The notes under the pieces: generated by a model
Databases searched by the model: none
The model's input: the letters and a program-made list of their open reading frames with translations, nothing else
What the model was told of the DNA's origin: nothing
Source of the DNA: the human T2T-CHM13v2.0 reference genome, Homo sapiens
Assembly (NCBI RefSeq): GCF_009914755.1
Contig: NC_060933.1
DNA: 64,000 bases
Direction: 5' to 3' (one strand)
Shown here: positions 54,201 through 64,000 of the stretch, one piece after another
Numbering within the stretch: the stretch's first letter is position 1
Layout: the number at the start of each line of letters is the position of its first letter
Position numbers and translations under genes: made by a program

Positions 54201-56593
54201 TGTTTCTGATCCTTTGTTTTGTTTTTCAGAGTCAAGGAAACTTTTCTTTTGAGTTACTTACAGCTTGCAGCAATTAAATAAAGTATACTGCTGTGAACAA
54301 AATTTGGAACACATTTGTTTCTCTCTACCCGATTTCTTCAGAATTTGGAAACTAGTTGTGAGTATTCTTAACTTATGGCAACATAGTTATTTGCATAAGT
54401 GCAACAAGAATCTGTTTTCTTTTGTAACAGGACACAATTGGAAAAGTTGGTTATTTTACCGAGGACTTAACTGGAATGGTGTGCTTTCCTTTAAGGAATC
54501 AAACTTGACTTGTAAAGCCAGTAAAAGCCCTTTGGAGAACTGGCCTCATACCTCACCTACACAGTCCCTGTACAGGGTTTCTGACCTATGGTAAGTAAAG
54601 AATGTCACTTTCTCACAGGTCCAGGAGCCCCAGGTTATCTTGAGACCTCAAAAGCAGAGAAATTTACCCAACTCAGGTATTTGATGGGACAAACCCGTGG
54701 CTGGGCTCAGCTTTAAAAAAGTCTTATCTAAAATTCCTTCTATGGAACAGAGTTCCATCAACACCAATTTAAAAATAACTTATGTTAAAAATGAATACTC
54801 TTGCTGCACTTTATACAAATAATCAGGTGAAGTATAATAAAGCAAATCAGTTTTATCATGATTTGTCTTTAGTAAAAATGGGAAACTGGAGAGAGAAATA
54901 TTATATTTCAAAAACTATGGTACAATTGCTATTAAATTCTAGTCTCGTTAGTTGTTTTTAAGTTTGTTTCTGCAATTTAGACTAACCCTGCTTATTCATG
55001 TAAACCAACCAGTGATCTCTGACTGCTGTTCAGAAGAAACAAGAGGGATGGGTGATGTGAAAATCTGGATTGGTATTCTAATTCTCGGCACATTACAATC
55101 AGCTAACAACCCCCTATCAGCTTAGTTCCAACAGTTTCCCAGTTCATGAAAAGCCTTCTAATTTAGTTTACTCAGAATAACTTTACTTATTTTGCTTTAT
55201 TCTTGTGGAATATATTGCTGTTGTGTTCTTTGTGTGGGAATACAGAACAAGCTTACTGAATGTTTTCTTAACTAAACAGTTATTAATCTTCCAGATATCA
55301 CCTCTTGTCGAAACTCAAGAGTCATGAATGGCCCTTGCCGTACTGACGCTTTCTGACTGAGCACTTCTCTACCCTGAATGCAAGAGACCCTCATAGTTAG
55401 GCAGGAATATCATCACCCCTATACAGCCTGAAGAAGTTGCAGAAGATGGATCTTTGTCGCTCTGCCACCCTTAGGTTTCAGCATTCTCTTATAAAAGAAA
55501 GGGTAGATATGTGAGAGGCATGTGAACCAGAGAGACTCCATCTTAAGTAGGAGCTGGGTAAAATGAGGCTGAAACCTACTGGGCTGCATTCCCAGACGGT
55601 TAAGGCATTCTAAGCCACAGGATGAGATAGGAGGTCAGCACAAAATACAGGTCACGAAGACCTTGCTGATAAAACAGATTGCAGTAAAGGAGCTGGCCAA
55701 AACTTACCAAAACCAAAATGGCCATGAGAGTGACCTCTGGTTGTCCTCACTGCTACACTCCCACCAGCACCATTACAGTTTAGAAATGCCATAGCAATGT
55801 CAGGAAGTTACTCTATATTGTCCAAAAACGGGAGGCATGAATAATCCCCCCCTGTTTAGCATATCATCAAGAAATAACCATAAAAGTGGGCAACCAGCAG
55901 CCCTCAGGCTGCTCTGTCTATGGAGTAGTCATTCTTTTATTCCTTTACTTTCTTAATAAACTTGGTTTTACTTTTCACCACAGACCCACACTGAATTCTT
56001 TATTGTGCAAGATCCAAGAACCCTCTCTTAGGGTCTAGATCGGGAGTCCTTTCCTGTAACACTTCCTTGGCTAACAAAATTCCTACTTTTTTCTAACTCT
56101 AATACAAGAGTCTATCGTATTTCTAAGTGATCACAGCTAATTTGTATGACAGCTGGTTATGCTCAGCTTTTACCCTCTTGATATTCTGTAAATTATTTTA
56201 GGGCAAGTGATCACGCTTATTTTCGTTATGCTTAGGAGTAACCCATAAGCATTTGTTGAAGAACAAAACTAATAAAATAAAATGTCAAGATGTTGGATGT
56301 AGAAGCTGTTCATTTTCAATTTATGTTTAAAAGTAAATGGAATGCTTCAACTTTGATATGATGAACACATAGTCACTCTTTTAAGTTAATGGTGCTACAA
56401 CTTTTAGTAACTCAACCAGTTAATTTCCAAATTTTTCTTTTTAAAATTAAGAAATTATATATTTAAAATCTAATCAATTGCCATTAGCTGCACTCTTTAA
56501 CAGTGAAAAGCTGACAGTAGACAAAATCTTTACACGGAATTTTAACATAAAGCTGTTTATGAGGTTTAATATGGTTATTAAAGAAAAAAGGCT

Positions 56594-56799
<206 letters not shown>

Positions 56800-57767
56800 C
56801 TAGTTTCTAGGGGTAAAACTCATAAGGGTCTAAGCTTATTGGTTTTATCTAGTACTCAGTATATGATATGGAGGAAAAATTTTACTAACAAAGAAATTTT
56901 TGAGTTTTAAATGAGAACTACCCAAAGTAGCTAATTTCCAGCAGCATTTTTTTTTTTTTATCATTTAACTATGAAACATGATGATTACTCAAGTAGACTA
57001 TAACCACCATCCATTACCTTCCTTTAGTATTCACTGGAAAGGGAAAATGACAATTCTGACAAGCTTGTAAAATGTGATGTATCTTAAAACTCACTAAGGT
57101 TTCTTCATAAAAACCCACATTATATTCCAAAACTCTATAACATTTCTGACTATTTTACTTTATAGAAATCTAAAAGATTAAGAAAGAGGAAGGAAGTATG
57201 TTTCCTGAGGTGAAAATTATAGTCTACTGGTTACTTGAAAATGTTTTTCAAATGGATTGGGCCTAATGCCAATATTTAGCTAAGAGGTTCCATTTCAGAT
57301 TCAAAGTTCCATTATTATCTCAGTCTAATCTACACTGAATATTTTTAAATATTATGGTCTTCAATTAAAAAATGCATTGCTAAATTGTGAGTAAAAGTCT
57401 GGATTGACGAAGCTAACTATTTTAAAATTGTTTGATAAAATTGTCAAAACAAAAATATGTCTACCACCTTTCTCTGATAAACTTCTAATTCTAACTTTGC
57501 AATTAATACAGCTTATTTTCAGATTTAAGACTATTTGTGATACTTTTCTTTAACCAAAGTCCTACAGTTATTATTGAACAAAAGGGAAAAAAAAGCTTTT
57601 AAGCTTCTTTTTTTTTACCTCATAACAAAAATATAAACAAGACATTACTCTTTTCAAGTATTTTAAATAGTTCCATTTAGTCTTGTTTGCTAAAATATTC
57701 ATTGTACTTGAATTTATTTTTCTCTATGTCTAAATACTACTTCTTTGCTAAACTTTCAAAATATGGT

Positions 57768-58195
57768 TGAGGAAGACTGAACAATGGCTCTTCAAATGAG
57801 ATCCACATCCTAATCCTTAAGATTTGTGACTATTACCCTATATGGTAAAATATGAGATAAGTATCTTGAGATGGGACAGTATCTTGGCATATCCAGGTAG
57901 GGCTTGAATTACAGTTACAAGTCTCTTTTTAAGAGAAAGGCAGAAAGAGATGTGAGTCAGATAAGAAATGGCAACGTGGCCACCGAAGCAGATTTTGCAG
58001 TTATGTGGCCACAAGCCAAGGAATGCTGAGTCAAGGGACAAATTCTCCCCTTGAGTCACCAGAGAGAGTACGGTTCTGCCAACATCTTGATTTCAACCCA
58101 GTGAAACTTTAGATTTCTGGCCTCCAGAACAGCAGGGGAGAAATAAATTTTATGTTTGTGGTAAATTGTTACAACTCTCAAGATAAATTAATGCA
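57768..58195 (+). mobile_element. MLT1E-like solo MaLR LTR
   Basis: 'ccacatcctaatcc...cttgagatgggacagtatc...gtggccacaagccaaggaatgc...gatttctggcctccagaac...ttgtggtaaattgttaca...taatgca'. Confidence 0.8.
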
Positions 58196-59814
58196 ATTTT
58201 ATTTTTATTTAGTAAGACTTTAACAGCAGGAGAAAATAAGTTTTTTAAGAATAAAATGGTAGAAATATTCTACCATTTTATTTTGGATTTTGATAAATAT
58301 AAAACTCATAAATACTTCGAGTAGATCTTTATGTGTGTTTTTGAGAACCTCATCTGTATTCTGCTGTTCTTAGAAAAAGGATAGTAATAGACATTGATTA
58401 GATTTTAAATTCCCAGGGCCAGTCATTTCCGCTTTATAAAAACTCAATTGCTTCATTTCTCCTGAGGAAAACAATGAATCAGGGATCAGCCTCCACTCAC
58501 CTATCTTCTCTGTCCACAATATTTTACAATTCTTTTCTTTTGTTGGGATGCAAAGCTTGAGGAAAGGGTAAGCAAAAGGAACTGAGATTCATTCCATTCC
58601 AAAAACAACCTGTATTCTGGCTGAAAACATACATAAGAATCTAAGCTTAACACATAGGAAGACAAGAAAAGGTACAACAAATCCCAGAAGGTTCCTGAAA
58701 AGGAAGAGGCTTACAGGAGAAGCTGTCTGGGCAAGTGTGTATTTGCTCAGATTTGGGGAAATGTATATAAACCTGGGACAAAAAATAAAGGGAGTACTTT
58801 TTAGCCTAGTATTTTTGACTCCTATGTCAATCCCTACCATCTGAAATCTGGTCAGATTTTCATTAGGCCCTTTCAACTTCAAGGAAAGAAACAACTGTCA
58901 GGTAACCAAAAATAAAAAAGGCTTATGAAACACATACTGGAAGGACGGAAATTCAGAAAGCTCTTTAAGTAGCTGAACCAAGTCTGTACTTCAGTAAATA
59001 CTATTTCCAGCTCCACTTAAAGCAGCTAGGAATTAAGATCACTATTGAGAGTTAGATTTAAAGTTGGCAATTTTTTGATAGGAAGGAGGAAATTTTGCCA
59101 AATGCTACTGGCTTTAAAACAGGTTTTGATATAAAAGAGCTTTTTCTAGAAATATTTAATGATCCCATCTTCCTGGAATATACCAGTATTTATGGCTGCA
59201 GGTGTTCCAAGCATTTCTGGTTTTGGTTTGCTTGACTTACTCCTTCAAGTTGGAAGTGCTTTCTGCCACTCAAGCAGACTTGAGTCTTCACAGATAGGAG
59301 ATGATTTTGGGTTTCATAAAGTCTGTTTGTTTTCTGGAATATCGCTTCTGGTTTTTGTACTTTGTAACTTATTCTATAAGCTTTTGCTCTTTCTCCTACC
59401 TTGTTCTTTAAATATATTTGTTTTGGTATCATTTAGCATGTCTTCAAGGCTAATTTTGGTTAAATATTTTGCAACCATTTTCACTCAAGTTTGTGTATTA
59501 TGCACTAACAAGTTGGAAAATTCCAATCTTAATTACATTTTGACCCAGGTGCAGGAAATAAGAGGGTGCATTGTCTGTATATATATATGGGTATGTATAT
59601 ACATAACAAAAGCACTGACTAGTAGTCTGTCTTTCTTTTATTAATCGCCATACACTGATAATTCTAAATAATATCAGTGATAAAACAATTCTTCATGCTG
59701 GGGCACATGACTCCCACTTCTTCCCCTCCCTTGGTATGTCACTTCCAGACAGTCTTCATTTTCTCAAAACATTGTTATGAATGGTATCTTCAAGGAACAT
59801 TTTATTATTAATCA

Positions 59815-60110
59815 TTAAGTTTTTAATTGAGAAATAATTCACATATTATGATATGCACAACTCCTAAATATTCAACTTGATGTGCTCTGATAATTGAACC
59901 TTTGCAGCCACCATCCCAGTCAAGATACAGAACACATCTGTTACCCAGGAATATCCCTCTAGCTCAGTTTCAGTTAATTCAAGGCCACCTCCACAACCAC
60001 CCAAAACAAATTATTTCTCACTTATCACCAGGGATTATTTTTGCCTATTTTCAGGTATTATTTAAAGGAAATGTATCTGGTAACTTTTGCTCATCAAAAC
60101 ATTTTAAGTC
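59815..60110 (-). mobile_element. L1ME-class 3' end fragment
   Basis: 'tttttaattgagaaataattcacata...gcagccaccatcccagtcaagatacagaaca'. Confidence 0.7.
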
Positions 60111-61168
60111 TTCAATTTGTTTCTAGTTTTTGATATTTCAATGATTTTATTTCTTTCTGCATGCAGATTCAATATACTTATTGATACTTATTTCTAGTTG
60201 TCACTTGGATCTTGGAACTATGGTAAACTTGTTTTACTTTGTACATTTGTTACTTTATACAGACAATTTATTTCACCATTTCATTCATTAAGCTAATTTT
60301 TAATCAATTTTAAATTTTTACATTAAGTTAAAATTAATTTTTAATTAACATTTTGGTTTTTATATTGATAATCATATGTCTTTTAAATTACACAATTTCC
60401 TTTGTATTTTGTATTTTATATTTTATTCCTTCATAATAATCTGGAATTATACAATAAAAATATTGAAGTTCAAAGTATTTATAGACAAATAAATTTTCAT
60501 GTAACATTGATATTATCAGTTAATGAGTGTAATATGTACTCTAACAGAGGCTAAGCTTTTAGTTTTATTTCTTTTCTACAGTACTTGTATAGTATGCATA
60601 AGTCAAACTAAAAATATAAACATACACACAGACATATGCATATTTTGAATCGGAGATATATTTTTGCCTCATATCCACTGCCCTTTTTAGGAGATGAAAA
60701 TATTACATTCAATGTCATCAATGCCTAATCTACTTTTGATAATTCATTTATATTTAGTTTAGTTCAATTGTCATTTGTTTGTTTTATCTACTTCTGTTCC
60801 TTAACTTGACCAAAATAATTACAATGACATTATTTTTATTTATAAGCTGTTCCTTTTCCAAGCCCCAGGATCAGATTTTTAAAAAAGAACTTAAAGTTTG
60901 GTATCTTTTCTGTGCATTTAGTACTTGTAAATATATCAAAGACAACTAAAATTTATGGTTTTCAAACTCTTTAGAATCTTTTTTAGTTAAAAAAATCAAA
61001 ATATTCACTTGCTTTTTGAAAATTAATACCTTTAAGAAAGGGTTGAATCTTGTTTAATTGTTATCTTTAAACTGTATAGTTAAATATTTTTTATCTACAG
61101 GATGCTATTAGTGCTCACCCCAAATAAAAAGAAAATTATACGTTAAATATTTTTTTAGTATTACTAGA

Positions 61169-61220
61169 TGTATTAGCCAGTGTTCTCCAGAGAAACAGAA
61201 CTTGTAGGATATATAGACAT

Positions 61221-61263
<43 letters not shown>

Positions 61264-61742
61264 GATAGATAGACAGATAGATAGAAAGATAGATAATCTA
61301 TTGTAAAAAAAAGTTAACTCAAGCAGTTATTTTGGCTGACATATCCCAAGACCTGTAGTCAGCAAGCTGGAAAGGTAAGAGAGCCAGTCTTGTAGTTGTA
61401 GTCCGAAGGCCAGTAGACTTGATACCCAGAGGGAGTCAACATTTTGGTTGTCCAAACATTTCAGGGTCCAAAGGCAGGAAAAATCCAATGTCCTAGCTCA
61501 AAGGCACTTAGACAGGAGGAATTCCTTCTTACTTGAGGAAGGGTCAGCCTTCTTATTTTATTTAGGCTTTTAAAGGATTGGAAAAGCCTCACTCATATTA
61601 AAGAGACCAACGTTTTACTAAGTTTATCCATTCAAATGTGAATCTCATCCAGAAACACCCTCACAGACACACACACAATGTTTCACTAAATGTCTAGGCA
61701 CCCCATGCCCCAATCAAGTGGATGCGTAAAATTGACCATCAG
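61169..61742 (-). mobile_element. MLT2B/C-like solo LTR (ERVL)
   Basis: 'tgtattagccagtgttctccagagaaacagaac...aatctcatccagaaacaccctcacagacac...aaaattgaccatca'. TSD CTAGA/CTAGG. Confidence 0.88.
61221..61295. repeat. Complex (GATA)n tetranucleotide STR
   Basis: [GATA]10 GAT [GATA]2 GACA [GATA]2 GAAA [GATA]2. Confidence 0.97.
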
Positions 61743-62286
61743 CTAGGTCATGTTAAGTTGCAGAGTTGAAGATTTCTCTGCTGTAGAACAACTTAGAGCC
61801 CTCAGTATATTAATGTGCATTGATAGTTTGTGTAAGAGAAAAATATTTTGAATACATCAAAAATATTTTCATAATGTATTCCCCACTTTTTTAAAACAAA
61901 AAAATAATGTATTCAGTAACTGTACTGCAATGAACAGTTTGGAATATACTTATTTAAATCACAGAATGATGATCAGGTTTTGTTAAAAATACTATTAGCA
62001 ATAAATTCCCTATCTCTTCTTGATGTTAAATTTTCAGAAAATTATTACCTGCACTGATAGTAAATTATGAGCTTTAATCTTTTTATGTAGTTTTCCTTTA
62101 TCAAGTTTATCCAAATATATCAATATCTCTTCCTCTGATTCAAATAAACCTTATTTACTTATCTTGTAAACAAAATGGAAATGAAAATAATATAGGCCAG
62201 ACTTCTACCCAGCTAATGATTCATATATTTACAGAGACTTATCACTGAGGCATATTTGTTGGAGACAAAATATGAAGGTTTAATAA

Positions 62287-62564
<278 letters not shown>

Positions 62565-63136
62565 AACTATTTGTTTTATAGCAATTGTTGTTTTTATCTT
62601 GCGGCTACTTTAATAGATAATTGTTACCTAAGTGTAAGCATTAAATCCATTCTTTTCTATTTGTAAAGATAACTGAAACAACTGATATAACTTTTTAGCA
62701 GTGAGGTTGTTTCAGCATGTTGTATTGACAGTTTGTGGTCAAGTGTTCAGTAAGGTGATTGTGTCACTATTTAAACCTTAAATTAAATATACTTTTGACA
62801 TTGTAAGTTAAATCAAAGCTTTCTCTTTTTATTTAATTGATTATCAAGAGTATCTGTGGTGAGGATCCATATGCTAAACTAAGATATATAAAACAAAAAC
62901 ATCCTTATATTTAATATTTTGACTTGCCAGGCAAGTTGTCATTTCTATGCTTATTAAAATACTGACCATCTCTATTCTCTGATTCAAATGGCTAGTCTTC
63001 AGAGGAATGTTTTCAAATTTGCAATTTGATTCTCTATGTATAATTCCATACTTTCATATATTATTATTTCTAAAAGAAGTGTAGAACTCCAATCTATATT
63101 TTTTTGTTTTCTTTTCACTACTCTTCTAGATAGGTT

Positions 63137-64000
63137 TGATATGGTTTGGCTGTGTCCCCACCCAAATCTCATATCAAATTGTAATCTCCACATTTTGGGG
63201 AAGAGACCAGGTGGGAGGAGATGGGAAATTTCCCCATGCTGTTCTCTTGACAGTGAGGGAGTTCTCACAAGATCTGATGGTTTGCCCTGTGCTCACTCTC
63301 TTTCTCTCACCTGCCACCATGTTTGATGTGCCTATTTCCTCTTTCGCCATGATTGTAAGTTTCCTGAATCCTCCCCAGCCACGCAGAACTGTGAGTCAAT
63401 TAAACCTGTTTACTTTATAGATTACCCAGGCTCAGGTAGTTCTTTATGGCAGTAAGAGAACTGACTAATGCAGGAAACTGGCACTGGTAGAGTTGGGTAC
63501 TGCTATAAAGATAACCTGGAAGTGTGGAAGTGACTTTGGAACTGGGTAATGAGCAGAGGCTGGAACAAGTTGGGGGGCTCAGAAGACAGGGAGATGTGGG
63601 GGAGCTTGGAATTCCTAGAGACTTGTTGAATGACTTTGACCAAAACTCTGATAGTGATATAGACAATGAAGTCCAGTCTAAGGTGGTCTCAGATGGAGAT
63701 GAAGAGCTTGTTGGTAACAGGACTAAAGGTCACTCTTGCTATGCTTTAGCGAAGGGACTGGTAGCATTTTGCCTCTGCCCTAGAGATGTGTGGAACTTGG
63801 AACTTTGAACTTGAGAGGGATGGTTTAGGGTATCTGGTAGAAGAATTCCTAAGCAGCAAAGCATTAAAGAGGTGTCCTGGATTATTCTGAAAGTGCTTAG
63901 TTTTATGTGCTCACAAAGAGATGGTTTGAAACTGGAACTTGTGCTTAAAAGGGAAGCAGAGCAAAAATGTTTGAAAAATTTGCAGCCTGAATCTGTGCTA
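63137..64000 (+). mobile_element. THE1D/MSTA-type MaLR: 5' LTR 63137-63472 plus internal region running off the window
   Basis: 'tgatatggtttggctgtgtccccacccaaatctc...gaactgtgagtcaattaaacc...gactaatgca', then THE1/MST-int (VEVTLELGN..., DNEVQSKVVSDGDEELVGN). Confidence 0.92.

Overview
AT-rich, repeat-dense simian (most likely human or great-ape) genomic DNA, either intergenic or deep intronic. I found no recognisable protein-coding exon, RNA gene or CpG island. The ORF track is almost entirely explained by Alu, L1, LTR and microsatellite sequence. By hand annotation roughly 70% of the window is interspersed repeat, often nested. The main elements are: (1) a complete 7.5 kb MER41A provirus (48556-56061, TSD CTTC) with a duplicated PBS/splice-donor leader and a closely spaced inverted Alu pair; (2) a complete THE1C element (10650-12949, TSD ATGAC) inserted in the gag of an internally deleted ERVL/MLT2 provirus; (3) a Charlie5 hAT transposon with both termini and transposase remnants; (4) a truncated HSMAR2 mariner; (5) a near full-length ancient L1MB-class element; (6) a twin-primed, 5'-inverted L1PA16-like insertion; (7) solo LTRs (MER50, LTR27/28, MER68, MER61, MLT1E, MLT2), about ten Alus/FLAM, L2/MIR relics and several microsatellites. 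Family names come from my recall of consensus sequences, not from a RepeatMasker run, so subfamily calls and the edges of old elements are approximate. I see no convincing undescribed biological system. The findings are structural oddities of the repeats plus a few weak exon/ORF candidates in the unique DNA.
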